A DNA stretch of 64,000 nucleotides, taken from the NCBI RefSeq assembly GCF_006345805.1, contig NC_043006.1:82088001-82152000 (forward strand), written 5' to 3'. Origin of the DNA: Octopus sinensis (lineage: Eukaryota). The number at the start of each line of letters is the position of its first letter. Within the stretch, counting starts at the first letter, position 1. The position numbers were made by a program, and so were the translations under genes. The notes beneath the pieces were generated by a model. The model was not told where the DNA came from, did not search any database, and worked only from the letters and a program-made list of their open reading frames with translations. Below, piece after piece: positions 1 to 13,805 of this stretch.

Positions 1-1023
1 TTAATTCAGTGGCATGTAATTCAATTGGTTGAACAATTTTAACCTCAGTATCAAAATACAGAATACTGGCTATCTATATTGCATTTAATCAATATTATGT
101 TAGGTATGTCACAATAACCTAAATGCTGAAAACTCCTTACATGAAGGAGCAAAATTTCACAGAAAACAAATTTAAAATCACCTGCTGAAGAAAACCTATA
201 TGAACAAAAAAAAAAGTTTTAAGCTTTAAGAATAACACAGAAATTCAATATGCCATACCAATGTATTTGATATTGCATAACTAATAAGTTACATGCCCAA
301 GAATTTGTAAAATTAATGAAACAGTACTTTTATCAGGACAATTAATAAAAATCTCATAGGTTCTAATTAACCTGTGATTCATCCCTGGTACTAAAAAGGT
401 TCTTTGCCCTTTATTTGATGAAAAAGTGACTAATACATAGATTTTTTTCCTTCAATTTTTTCTTTCATCTCCAGCTGTCCCTTGTACACTATTAGCCTTG
501 CATATAACATATAACATTATCACATTACACTTTGATAGACAGAATGTTTATAATTTGCTTTAAAATAAAATATTTGTTGGTATTTGCCATTCATTTTGCT
601 TATATGCACAGACATATGTGTGTTCAATGGCAACAGCAAACAGAAATAGGAAGGTCTCAGATAATAGCAATTAACACTCCAGAAACATAACTGCCTTTAA
701 ACTGTTCCCATTACCCTTTGAAATCGTAATTTTAGACTTTATGTTAAAAGGTGAGACCACACTATTATTTAGAGGATTGGCAAACCAACTTTTATATAAA
801 AACAACAATAATGAAAACCACAAACACATAAACACAATAATAGCAACACTGGATTCAATTTACTTACAGAGAAATGTTGTAGGCTTTATGAGAAAAAAAA
901 TACAATATGAAAAATAAGAAGCATGCTACCTGATGCTACAAGTTAAATAAGGCATCCCATTATAACAATTAATAATCCATTTGGTGTGCCATCAGACACT
1001 TTGTCTTCATATAATCTGGTTAG

Positions 1024-1243
1024 CCCTTTAGTATTTAAACTGATCATATCTAGCCCAAATATTCTACATGTTCTATGTTCAAACTAGCCAGATCCAGCCT
1101 TTCATGTCTACTCTACAATGTCATTCTAAAAATATATGATGGCATCATCAAAATCTTGAAGTCACAAAATAATACACAATTAATTCAAAACAATGAGAAT
1201 GAATAAGCATTACATTTGACAGAGTAATCTCAACACTCAAGGG
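1024..1243. mobile_element. piggyBac-type MITE (decayed)
   Basis: TTAG|CCCTTTAG ... CTCAAGGG|TTAA: CCC/GGG termini with a TTAA-like target site, no ORF. Confidence 0.6.
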
Positions 1244-1461
1244 TTAAAGGGAATAATCACCTTGTGACCATCATTTACCATAGTCTCAAGTAGACAGATA
1301 CTTTTTGAAAGAGGAATTTGGTAAATGGAAAATGCAGAAAATTGTCATGTGTGTGTGTATCTATCTTTCACTGTTGTATACAAATAAAGGATGTAAACAT
1401 CAGTAAAAATCCAGTGCTTTTTGATCAAAGTCTTTTACAATGAATTAGAAATTATTTTCTT

Positions 1462-2150
1462 GTCACTCGCTAGTGGAAACGCTATGTGACAAGGTGGAAA
1501 TGGTGAAAGGGTTTTGCTTTTTGGGAGATAGGGTGAATGTAAGAGGTGGATGTGAAGCAGCTGTGACAGCAAGAGTGAGACTTGGTTGAGTGAAGTTCAG
1601 GGAATGTGGAGCATTATTATATGGGAAAAGGTTGTCATTGAAGAAGAAAGGAAGGGTTTATTGGAGTTGTGTGAGATATGCAATGCTGTATGGGAGTGAG
1701 AGGAAAAGCGGAATGGCAATTTTGAGAAGGACTGAGAGAGCAAATGTGAGAGCAATGTGTGGTGTGAAACTATTGGATGAAAGGAGGGCTGAAGACTTGA
1801 AAGGGATGCTGGGGTTGGAGGAATTGGTGGAACAGCTGACAAGGGCAAATGGAGTGTGGTAATATGGACATGTGTTGAGGAGGGATGAGGATTATGTTCT
1901 GAGGAGAGTGCTTGAGTTTAAAGTGAATGAACTGCAAAAGCAACGTCAACCAAAGAAAACGTGGAGGGGACAGGTGGAGGAGGAGATTAGGAGGGTTGGC
2001 TTGATGAGCAAGAACACCTAAAACCAGGCAAGATGGCAGGATGATGGCAGGGGTTGCTGAAAGAGTGAGGTAGATCCAGCCACCCCTGTTAATGGGGACA
2101 AGCCCAGATTTAAAATATTGGAATTCATTATCATCATCATCTTCCTACCA
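1462..2150 (+). mobile_element. RTE-clade (Rex3/Expander-like) LINE 3' fragment, RT C-terminus, decayed
   Basis: Translates to KVEMVKGFCFLGD..GGCEAAVTARVRLG*VKFRECGALLYGKRLSLKKKGRVYWSCVRYAMLYGSE...W*YGHVLRRDEDYVLRRVLEF..KKTW; in-frame stops; (TCA)n tail near 2130-2140. Confidence 0.85.
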
Positions 2151-3989
2151 GAAATGCAGTGAATCAGTAATTGACCCACTAAAATCCTGTAACCAACGAT
2201 TCCACTATATCACAAATTTTGATATAAAATTTTTAAAAAATAACAATTATTATTGCTATATAACATTGATGACACTATTCTTGTCCAATCACTAAAATTA
2301 AACAACTACAAGCATAGTTTGTAATTAGATGGGTGATGCTCAGGAAACCTAGATATTGTACGCAACTTCAATAATAGGCACAAACCTAACTGTGTGGTTA
2401 AAAAGTTTGCTTCATAACCAGGAGACTTCAGACCCCACCCCACCTTCCTGGCATGGTACCTTCAGCAAATCTCTCCTACTGTAGCCTCAAGTTAACCAGT
2501 ACCTTCTGAGAGAAATTTGATAAATGGAAACAGTACAGATGCTTATCATGTACACACAAACATAAATACATACACACAATCACACACAAGCACACACACA
2601 CATATATATTTATAAGTGTAGTAGACTTAGTTCATTACCCAGTTTAACATTATCAGCTTGTACCTTGGGTACTTTTAGTGGCGTCCACTCTCATGCAAGC
2701 ATTCAGATCAGGTCCCTAGTTTGATAGAGGTGACCTTCCTTGCATTGGTCTTGGACACCCTGTGATGAGCCATGGTCATAGCTTTCACCCTTATTAAAAG
2801 ACATGTGTATGTGAAATGTGTATGTGTGTGTGCACAAGCACATGCATGTGTGTGTTTGCCAAGTTTATGTCTATTTGCTTATGTCCCCATAACCTACCAG
2901 TCTGACTAATAGAGATTGATAAGATATGTACCAGACTCACAAATTGAGTACTCGGCTCAATATTATTGACCAATTCCTTGAAAGCAGTGCCCCATCTTTG
3001 CCACTGTCCAATGACTGAAACCATTCCAAGAACAAAAGAATAAGTAAAAATAAATAAGTCAGCTTCGCAATGTTCCACTCACTCCAGGTTAGAAGGGGCA
3101 GAACAGAAAATCCCAGGTATAAGGAATAAATAAAACAAAATCACTCGACTGGTAATTAAACCTACATTAGAGACAATTGTGTACCAATTACACATACAAT
3201 AATCAAAGAAATAAAACAGATAACTATCTATTTAGTTGCTGTTAAGTCAACCCTAAATAAACAGGTCTATGAACACAGACATTCAAACCATGACCATCAA
3301 GTATTTTCAGACATAGTATATCTTTGACAACATTAAGCAGTTTCACTTCATTCCATTTTTTTGTTTTTTTCAATGGCTGTATGCAAGTGAGAGTGATTTG
3401 GTTGCTAGTTCTAGCAGATCAAGTGAGCACATAGAGAACCTCCCTTGCTGGTATAATTGAACACAGAGAGACCTCCCTTGTTGGTTCAATCTATTTGGTG
3501 ACATCAATGAAAGCAATAAAGCAGAAGCTAAAATGATGCTAAAATCACTTTAATTGTTAAACTAACTTGATTGATACTTTATCATTATTGATACCAGAAA
3601 GATGAAAGGGAAAACTGACCTTAATAGGATTTGGTTTCTGAATAGAACATAAAGGGCTATAAATGATGATTAAGGATGACAGGAGACTTCAAGACAAATT
3701 TCAAATAGCAATAAAAGATAACGAAGGCTACAAAATCAGTAAATGATTGATAAGAACCAACAGGGGAAGAAAATTCATTTCAAATCAAATCAAAATACAA
3801 GATATTGAAACCATTATTAATTAACTATTTTGATAATAACCCACTTGAGACTGTCTTTGGTTCTATGCTATAAACTAACAGTTTTAAAGAGATTAGAATT
3901 AAAATCTTGCCTAAAAAATTCCACATTAATTTATATTCCAAAAACCAGCTTAACATCAAAACTGTCTGTCACTACTTTAACATGGGTGT

Positions 3990-4192
3990 TCTCTAAGAAC
4001 TGAATATACTGCTTCCTGAGGCCGTTCTTCAGCACTTCATCCCATGTCTTCCTGGGTCTCCCACTTCCACATGTTCCATCCACTTTGAGAGATCGGCACT
4101 TCTTTATGGAGCAGCCAGCATCCATCCACATCACATGACCAAACCAGTACAGTCTTCTCTTTTGCTCACAGCAACTAATACCTCTTAGGTTG

Positions 4193-4195
<3 letters not shown>
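3990..4195 (-). mobile_element. RTE LINE RT C-terminal fragment
   Basis: RGISCCEQKRRLYWFGHVMWMD...LKVDGTCGSGRPRKTWDEVLK matches the RLxWFGHVxRM...GRPRKTW motif; the rest of ORF 3931-4530 is (AT)n and repeat D. Confidence 0.8.
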
Positions 4196-4236
<41 letters not shown>

Positions 4237-4289
4237 GGGTTTATATCCTTGTGTACATAGGTATATGACGATATATCCTTCTGCACATA

Positions 4290-4640
4290 TATAGAGTGAC
4301 CTGCTGTTCTTGAGGAGACCTACTGAGTCAAGTACATCAACATCAAAATAAAAATTCAAATGGAAATTGTAGTTAAGACACCCGTGCCGGTGACACGTAA
4401 AAAGCACCATCCGAACGTGGCAGATGCCAGCCTGCTCTGGCCCCTGTGCTTGTGGCACGTAAAAAACACCCACTACACTCACGGAGTGGTTGGCGTTAGG
4501 AAGGGCATCCAGCTGTAGAAACACTGCCAAATCAGACTAGAGCCTGGTGCAGCCTCCATGGCTTACCAGACCCCGGCTGAACCGTCCAACCCATGCTAGC
4601 ATGGAAACGGACGTTAAATGATGATGATGATGATGATGAC
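4290..4640 (+). mobile_element. Repeat D: RTE-type 3' tail or SINE ending in (TGA)n
   Basis: GTGGTTGGCGTTAGGAAGGGCATCCAGCTGTAGAAA...CATGCTAGCATGGAAACGGACGTTAAA(TGA)n. Similar copies at about 13455-13670(-), 25141-25520(-), 34140-34290(-), 39980-40110(-), 40840-41180(+), 44700-44872(-), 45300-45485(-), 47700-48095(-), 52260-53000(-). Confidence 0.8.
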
Positions 4641-4644
4641 ATAT

Positions 4645-4678
<34 letters not shown>

Positions 4679-5649
4679 ATATATATATATATATATAATA
4701 TATATACACACACATTCACAAATACACTTTGTGTGTGTGTGTACAAAAACAAGAGAAAAATTTAGATATATAGAGAAAGGAGAGGGATAAAGCTATAAAA
4801 ACTTACACAAACTAACAAATATTTACACAAGGATACAGATATTCACAAATAAACACACACATCACACAGCCAAATATATTTGCACAAATATAACTGCATT
4901 CTCCCACATATCAATTTCTTTGCTACATTAATAATGTTAACAACAGTAAATCAATGTGATATTACAGACAAGTAATTCAAGAGCTGTGCTTTTGTGTCTG
5001 AATGGTTCATTGACCAGGCAAATGATACCAGCGGTAATGATGAATGCATGCCTGACTGTAAAACTAGCAAACAGCACATCTGGACATAAGTTTTAACAGA
5101 GAGAGAGAAACATCTGTCTACAACCTGATAAAGAGGAGCAATGCCAAGTTATTAAAGATAAAAAAAAAACAAAAGAGAGAGGGAAAGCGGGAGAAAGAGA
5201 GAGAGAGTGACAGAGAGAAGCTACCATAGAATTGAGCACCTTTTGCACTGATTAATTACATTCCATGATATCACCGATTATGTTATGGAACAAAATATTA
5301 TAAGTGAATTTGGTAAGTCTGGCAACGCCATTTTATTGAAAGTCTTTATTGACATCATTATCATTATATCATTATATCATCAATAAATTTTGACTTTCAT
5401 CACCTCCAAGAGTGGGGCTCACTAATATACAAGTACCGATTTAGTCGGGAGGGTGGTGGTGAAAAATATTCAAATGATACACTTGTACCCTTCGACCTTC
5501 CACTCCTTTAAATGTGTAGCTTTATACCTGGCTCAGAAATAAATGCTACCATTCCATTATTACCATCATTAATTTAGGTAATGGGGTCAGTTTAAATGAC
5601 TTACACCCTCACACCTAAAATAGTTACCAATTATGATGACTCCCTCTAG

Positions 5650-6150
5650 TTTTGATGTTCTAGGTTATATGCATCATGTCTTAGCTTCTTCCAGCAGCTT
5701 AGAGATGCAACACCTTCTGCAATGCCTGCACTGTTCTGATTATGTCTGCCAACTGTGCATATCCGATGACATCTAGACAATAGAAAGGGATCACAAGGAA
5801 CAAAAGAATAAGGTGACAGAAAGAGCAAGTCTGAAGAATGGCCAGAGATGGTTGACAAATCTGTTATGTCTAGAATGAGTAATAGAAGGCATACGACATA
5901 GTGGCTCCATTCATGGATGTTGAAATGACTGTGGAGGTTATGGGTTACCTTGTACTCTTTCTGCGCAAGACTTTCACAAGCACTAACATTGTGAGTCACA
6001 CTTTCAACTCTCTTCCCACATGTTCTGCAGAGGGCTGTTGCACTTGTGTGGTATATGGCTTCCATGTTATAAATACTAAGGAATTCTTTTGGACAAAAAC
6101 AATCAATATAACCACTTTTATAACCATAACTAGAGTTTCTCTAACAGGAA
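5650..6150 (-). mobile_element. R4/Dong-like (RLE-type) LINE C-terminal relic with CCHC zinc knuckle
   Basis: LCRTCGKRVESVTHNVSACESLAQKEYK (C-X2-C-X7-H-X4-C), preceded by a decayed ETE-like segment and ending with IRTVQALQKVLHL*; frameshifted. Confidence 0.75.
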
Positions 6151-6321
6151 GAATTCAATACATCTTTTTTTTTTCCAAAGTCTACTAGACTAGCAGATAG
6201 TTACATTCCTTTACAATGCAAATTTAAATTCACTGATGTAGATGTCAACATATCTATAAATAAACACACACTCAGATACACACACACACACACACACAGC
6301 ACATGCGCACACACACACACA

Positions 6322-6364
<43 letters not shown>

Positions 6365-6943
6365 CATCATCAACTTAAAGTCCGTACTTGCATGGCTCAG
6401 TCAGAATCAGTTGAGACAGGTTTTCTACAGCTTGATGCCCTTCCTGCTGCTAACCCTCATTTCCAAGAAAGAAAAAATTTCTCTTGGCAAGACATTTTCA
6501 ACAGTCACATTCATTTATAACTTACAACACAATGTCAAGACAAGGAGAGAAACAGACACATGTTCATAAAGAGAAAAAATATGGAAGAATTGTCAGTGCC
6601 ATTGCAAAATTTCCAATGGAGAAGAGAATGAAATGAAGAAGTGATGTGAGGTGGGAGGGGTAAGTCAGTGTAAAATAGAGTGCAAGGTGAATGATGATTA
6701 TTTTATGGTCTGGCGTGGTTGAGCAGTTTCCTACTAGTCAAGTTCATGTGATAAAAAAATCATGATACTAGATGTAGGAGAGAGAGAAAGGGAATACATA
6801 ATACATCAAATAAGCAAGTGACTGGATGTAGCACATTGTTGACAAATGAAAAATTACAGTGTAATTTATGACAAATGGAAAAAAACTTCCCTTTTTAAAA
6901 TGCTACATATAAAAAAATAATGTTCCTTACTGTACTTTATCTA

Positions 6944-7506
6944 GGCATAGGAGTGGCTGTGTGGTAAGTAGCTAGCTTACGAATCACATGGTTCTAGGTT
7001 CAGTCCCACTGTGTGGCACCTTGGGCAAGTGTCTTCTACTATAGCCTCGGGCCAACCAAAGCCTTGTGCGTGGATTTTGTAGACGGAAACTGAAAAAAGC
7101 CCATTGCATATATGTATATATATATATTAGGTTGTCCCAAAAGTTTGTAAACACTTGCGAAAATTGAATTTTTACTCGCCAAGTACTAACCAAAACAACA
7201 AAAATTATTCCTCAAAATAAAGACCATTATTTTCCAAGACTTTCTACGAACTTTTGGGACAACCTTATAATATATGTATGTGTATGTGTATATGTTTTTT
7301 GTATCTGTGTTTGTCCCAACAACATCGCATGACAACTAATGCTGGTGTGTTTACGTCTCCGTAACTTAGTGGCTTGGCAAAAGAGACCGATAGAATAAGT
7401 ACTAGGCTTACAAAGAATAAGCCCTGGGGTCGATTTACTCGACTAAGGGCAGTGCTCCAGCATGGCGACAGTCAAATGACTGAAACAAGTAAAAGAGTAA
7501 AAGAGA
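6944..7506 (+). mobile_element. SINE family B (tRNA head, central microsatellite, long tail with CAGTC-AAAT-GACTG stem-loop), split by a MITE
   Basis: Head GGAGTGGCTGTGTGGTAAG..GGTTCAGTCCC, core GCACCTTGGGCAAGTGTCTTCTACTATAGCC, tail ..CAGTCAAATGACTGAAACAAGTAAAAGAG. Full-length copies also at about 11945-12335, 30533-31435 and 43388-43812, plus more than ten partial heads or tails. Confidence 0.85.
7127..7267. mobile_element. Tc1/mariner-type MITE inserted in the (TA)n of SINE B
   Basis: TIRs TTAGGTTGTCCCAAAAGTT / AACTTTTGGGACAACCTT flanked by TA. Confidence 0.8.
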
Positions 7507-8205
7507 GTAACCCTTTTTATACCAATGCAACCAAGGCCATCCCTGGATTTTATGATGCAAACTTCATGCATTAGGTGAACTGAATTAAAACCCTGTACAT
7601 AAAAATTTCAGGTTAATTTATGTTCCTTATTCTGGCTTAATGATGAAATCATTTTAGTAAATTCTTCATTGTTTCCAAAATCAAATGAAACAAAAGCATT
7701 GTATTTCAACAGATACCATCTTTAACCGTTTTGTTACCAAGCTGAAGTTTAAAAGAATCCTGAAAATTGTATCTTTACTTGTACATATATCTGACTCTGT
7801 AATCTTCTAAACTACTGAATTCTTCAGTATTTTCAGTATTGTTGTCATTTATCTGAGACAGATATATGTCCATCGTTTCAATTTTATCTAATGTATTTAG
7901 TATTGCTTCAGGTAAACAATAATCTTTGTAGCATTTATCATGTTTCAGGATATATTTCATAGAAAGAACAGCTCCAAGCAAAGCATATAAAGTTGCATTT
8001 CATTTCTCACTTTTGTTTTGATAACTTCCTTACTACTAAAGCAATCTGTCCATCTCAGCATTTGCATTAGGTATTACATTAAGAGATTAATAGCAAATAC
8101 TATCAGTGTCTTTCTGCAATACAAGTTAATGTATTATTCACAGTTTCCTGTGTATTGTAACACTAATTCCATCTTAGCAGGTGACAAACAGGTGTATGGC
8201 ATTAA

Positions 8206-8400
8206 CACTTTCGTTACTGTATTTATTTTGAGATGCTCTGTGTCTCTTTCAATTATTTAAATATAACAAAGAATTTAGTAAAGTAACTTAGTTATCATTA
8301 AACTAGTGTTAGGAACCTAAATTGTAACTAAGGTTTGGTGGAAGATTTTAATTCAAAACTTATAAAAACAAAACATTTGTACTACAGAGCCAGGGTCACT
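8206..8400 (-). mobile_element. piggyBac-type MITE (same family as 34567-34779), truncated
   Basis: TTAA|CACTTTCGTTAC followed by the reverse complement of the 34567-34779 body. Confidence 0.75.
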
Positions 8401-10844
8401 TTTCAGCCCTATATAGGGCAAAACACATCTGCTGTTTTTGTGAGTCGTTGTTACGATGATGTTCATATCACTCCAATATACAAGGTGAACATAAAGTTTG
8501 GATGAATGAATATGCTCAAATTGAAAGAACTATGGAGTTATTGCATCAGGTTCAAATGCATCAAACTTTGCATCATTAATGGTAGAAACTGTGTTAAAAA
8601 TGTTATCCATTAATGTAGTTCAATAAAATTATTAGAAGTATGCGTTTTCACCTTTGTATCTAGATTTTAACATGACATGTCTAAGAGATTCTCTCTCAGA
8701 CAATAACCATAGCATCATGCCTTTCAAACATGCATATACATTTAGTATGATACACAAATAGTTATTTTAATTTAATGCTGTTTCAACTGCATTCACAGAG
8801 TTTTTTTCACAGCCCAGCCAGCTTTCTGCAATACCAGTAAATGTATTATCTCCTGTCACTCATATATTGAAGCACAAATCTCCTATGTTAGCAAGTAACA
8901 GATGAATGCATGGAACTGATAAGCTCCATGTAGGATGAAATATGGTGGTCATTCTCATGATTTACTGCTGAAATGATAATTACCTTGCTCCAATATATAT
9001 ATATTGTTCTATTAATGTGACACAGCTAAGAAAAGATACTCTCTCAAACAATAACCACAGTAGCAGGCCTTTCAATAGTGCATATGCATTTCATATGATA
9101 CACAGATGGCAATTTTAATTTACTGCTGTTTCAATTGCATTTACCAACACATAGATGAGTGTGTGTGTGAGAGAGAGAGTGGGAGGGAGAGAGAGAGAAG
9201 GAGAAGATACATTTCAAAATGTTCCTACTTAATTGCTCATTGTTCACAAAACTGACAAAGCTAATTTCAAAATGTCAGTAAATGGTGAGGCTAGCTTTAT
9301 CAGTCAGATGGCCATTTTTTTTGTGTTGCTTCGATACACTCCGGAATGTTTGTTCTCTAAAACAACCAGCAATGGCAGTGACATAATAACCTAGTTTTAT
9401 TCCAATACCACTAAATCCAAAAAAAAAAAATAATAATAATAAACCTTAAACCAAACAAAAAAATTTTTTAAATAATAAAAATGTATGTTGTAGTTCTGGT
9501 TCATTGAAGGGGCTGAATTCTAGCATTACATTCCTACTGAATCATTTAAAATATTCATGAATTGTTTACAACAAAAGGGTAAGCTATTTGTTTTATTTAT
9601 TTTTATTCTTTATTATTTCTGTTCCTTCCTTTATCTCTTTTCCATTATTTTACCAAGTCAGCTGACTAACATTGATGAAAATGGAGGATATTTAAATGCA
9701 CATTGTCAGGGCTGAGTGTGCATGTGTTTGCTTATATGTGTATGGTGGCAGAGGATGGTGTGTGAGTGTGTGTGCATGTGTGTGTGTGCAAGAGAGAGAG
9801 AGAGTGCACATTATAGAAACATACCCAAACAGCTTTTCTGCTTCCTTATCTCATTGGCTGCAGTTTGAAAGCCAGCCTGATTACTCATCTATATCTTACT
9901 TAAGCCCTTTATTTCCAATGGAGCATAGGCCAATGAGGATTTTTTTCTCCACTGACTTCAAATCTGGGCTTCTATTTTGCCTCTGTTCTCTCTCAGGTCT
10001 GGGTTTTGAATTGTCATTAATGCTCCTGTAATTTTCTTTTTCTAGATAAGGGAGCTGATCGTACACAAACCCATTTTTACCTCTGAGAGAAGGTAACCCA
10101 TATTAGTCTGGCCTCTATCCTTTGACCTACCCAGCATGAAAGGCCCAGTAAGGAGCTTGTGGCGGCAGCGGAAGCAGTGGTGGCGGTGACTGCAGAGGTG
10201 TTGGTTCAGGTTGAGATCTGGTCGTTGTGAGGTGGGAGTGGAGGAGAGCATGTGTGTAGGTGTGTTAGTATGAACTACTTGAACTGGAACAGATAACAAG
10301 GGTGAAAAGAGAGAACAAGGTTATATAATAACAATGATAACGATGACAATGATTATGATGATGAATTGTAATAAGGAAAATGAAGGGAAGGGGCAGTTTC
10401 CTGACATAAGCTCAAAGTCTCAAATTTCAGGGATGGGTGTAGTAAATGTGAGTGACTCAGAACTCAAAATATTCTATTAAATACTACTAGACAGTTTGTC
10501 CCATGTTCACCCAATTCTATTAACCCTCTGCTCAATAACAAATGAAATAATAGTGATTCCATACCTAAGAACAATACTAAGAACAATAGGGTGGATGGGC
10601 ATTAGGGAAGTAGTAAATTATACTGAGCCCAGTGCTTGACTGGTATTTCCTTCACTATCCCTGTGAAATTTGAACTCAATGAGATTTTAACTCAAAACAT
10701 AAAAGCATGCAATTAAAATGGTCAGCTCAGTGGTATTTGAAACCGGAAGGTAAAGAGTCCAAAGAAATAGTGCACAACATTTTTTCTGAGATTCTAACAA
10801 TTCTGCTAGTTCCCCACTTTACATTGCTCTACTAAATAATATTA

Positions 10845-11061
10845 ATAATCCTTTCTACTATAGGCACAAGGCCTGAAATTGGGGGGAGAGTGATAGTCGA
10901 TTACATCGGCCCCAGTACTCAACTAGTACTTAATTTATCAACCCCCAAAAGGATGAAAGGCAAAGTCGACCTCGGTGGAATTTGAACTCAGAACGTGGTG
11001 GCAGACGAAATACTAAGCATTTTGCCAAGCATGCTAATGATTCTGCCAGCTCGCTGCCTTA
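10845..11061 (-). mobile_element. SINE family A' (A head and core, alternative tail ending in (ATT)n)
   Basis: Same head and core as SINE A but with tail ..AGGCCTTGTGCCTATAGTAGAAAGG(ATT)n. Other copies at about 18890-19110, 34862-35050, 35929-36607 (three in tandem), 42283-42482, 62995-63175. Confidence 0.8.
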
Positions 11062-13361
11062 TTAATAATAAGAAGAGGAACAACAATAACATCAGTAACA
11101 ATATCACGAATTATAGTAATAGCAATGGTGTAACAATGGTGACAAAAATTTCCATTGTTTAGAAAACCTCGGTGAAAATAAGCTTCACAAATTTCAAGTC
11201 TATGCATGCCAGAAAAAGTACAATTACAAAAACAAAAATCAAACAGTATAAATATATATGTATGTAGGTACAGAAAGGGAGAGAGAGAAATCTAGTTTAT
11301 GGTAAAACTGCAGAGAACAGGACAGAATAATACAACCAGAACAATTAATTTTACATTGGTGGTGACATGCATGTTGTCCCAACAGTCAATGTTTGCTGAC
11401 TGCAATCAGAGACAATGAGACTATTGCAACAGCTTATACCAAAAGACAATTCTTGGATAATTTCTGTCAAACAAATGAGATTCATATACACTATTGTAAT
11501 GGCTGCCATCATTTTTTTTTTCATGATTTGTTTCTGATTTGATTTCTTTTTTTTTTTTTACATCGCTTTCCCCCTCCTTGAAATATCATTCAATTTACAT
11601 GATTGCATAAAAAAGAGAAGAAAAAAACTTCCATTTATTTGCATCTTTTATTTGCTGTTCTTTGTAATGATGAAAACAAAAGAAATGGCAAATGTCAGGG
11701 ACAAGCTTGCTTTGGTAACTAGTGTCAACATTAAAAATGAAAAGAAAATAATAAAAAAAAAGAACATCCTATAAAATAAATAAATGTGTAGCAGAGCCCT
11801 CTTGTGGTTTACAAGTTCACTCCACAAACACGTGGTTCTGGGTTCAACACCACTATGTGACATTATAGGGTTAACTAATATATTATTAGAACTGTTAATT
11901 TAGTTAATAGAAGCTGTACAGAAAACAACTATTACATACATACAGAAGCATGGCTCTGTAGCTAAAATACTCACTTTGCAACCATGTGGTTTCAGGGTCA
12001 ATCCCATTGGGTGGCATCTTGAGTATGTGTCTTTTACTATAGCCCTGGGCTGACCAATGCTTTATGAGTGAAACTGGTGGAAGCCTGTATATGTGTGAGC
12101 ATAGAGTGTGAATGTGTGTGTGTGGTGTACTTTTGTGCTCGTGATTTTTCCCCACCACTGTTTGGCAATTGGTGTTGGTTTGTTTACATCCCCATAACTT
12201 AGAGGTTCAGCAAAAGAGACTGATAGAATAAGCGCCAGACTTTAAAAAAATAAAAAAGCACTGGGGTCAATTTGTTCGACTAAACCCCTCAGCAAGGCCA
12301 CAGACAAATGACTAAAGCAAGTTCAAGATAAAAAGAATGAGCGATGTGTGAGTGTGTGTGTATGTGTGTGTGTGTGTGTGTGTGTACATGTGCACATATA
12401 CTGGTGTTGCGTCCTTTTCTGTCCTGTTATTTCACTGCTAGACTAATAAAGACTGCTAAGTACTAGATTGATGCAAGCACTGTAGTAAATGTTCTCCAGC
12501 ATGGCCACAGTTCAATGACTGAAATTGGTAAAAAAGTAAGAAAAGAATAAAGAAGAGTAATATAACTCTAAATACTTTAATACTTTCATAACAGTGTTTC
12601 TGATAAACAGACTGCTTCTGTTTCAATGACTGTGTATTTCAGTTAATTTTCAACATTATCAAGATTTTAAAAGGGTTTAGTGAAATATCTATAACTTTAT
12701 ACATTGGCTGGTGTTGTTTAGTCCCAGGTGAAATTCTAGATTGAGAAGCTTTATTATGCAAAGAAAAGGATGGGTCATTCAAAGTTTTCTTTCCTCAGTC
12801 AAGCACCAGATTATCCTCACAATTTCGGCTTGGCTGGAGTAAAACATTTTAATTACACTGTCAAGATTGCTGAAATCATTCCCATATTCTTACTATAAAA
12901 ATTAGAACTAACATGTAGGCAATCTCTTGCATGCTTAAAATTCAATTTAAAACTGAGAATAGCTTCATGTCCTATATAATTACCCTAATTGCTTCTGCCA
13001 ATAAAGTGTAAGTACTTTAAGATATTGAAAAAATTTCAAATATTCTGTCTGTGTTGTGGTTAGCACTTTTCACTATCACAAAGTAAAACATGAAATTGCC
13101 AAATATGCTTGGAATTCTTACACTGTTTAACAAGTGAAAAACACAACTATCAAAAACAAAACAAGAAAAATACAGCCAACACCCCTTTTTGCAACTAGTA
13201 CCTGTTGAAATCTACCTGCATGGTTTGCAATGAGCCTAATGGCAGATGATGACAATCGTTTACTCCGTTCTACACAGCTTCATCTAAATTAAACACAACC
13301 AATTCTTATAGTAGAAATACACTTTGTTCCTTAGAGAACACATCCATTATGTGTGTATGTA

Positions 13362-13418
<57 letters not shown>

Positions 13419-13676
13419 TGTGTGTGTGTGTGTATATCCAACAATCTATCTATCTATTATCATCATCATCATTGACTCTTAACATCTGTTCTCCACGCTG
13501 GCAAGGGTTGGATGGTTTGACAGGAGTTTGCCAACTGGTGAGCTGTCCTGACACCATTTGTCTGTCTTGACATGGTTTCTACAGTTGAATGCCGTTCCCA
13601 AGAGCAACCACTTTCCAGCAGAGTCTACTGGGTGCTTTCAACATGGCACGAGTGCTCTTACACTGCACTGGTATGA

Positions 13677-13707
<31 letters not shown>

Positions 13708-13709
13708 TA

Positions 13710-13743
<34 letters not shown>

Positions 13744-13772
13744 TGTGTGTATGTATGTGTGTATGTGTGTGT

Positions 13773-13802
<30 letters not shown>

Positions 13803-13805
<3 letters not shown>

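Noticed and set aside
7455-7500. SINE B tail CAGTC-AAAT-GACTGAAACAAGTA resembles helix II-GAAA-helix III
   Set aside because: No CUGANGA or compensated core upstream; better explained as a LINE-recognition 3' stem-loop.
7775-7981. 68-aa protein-like ORF (LGAVLSMKYILKHDK...)
   Set aside because: In-frame stop just upstream with no acceptor AG; no motif recognised.
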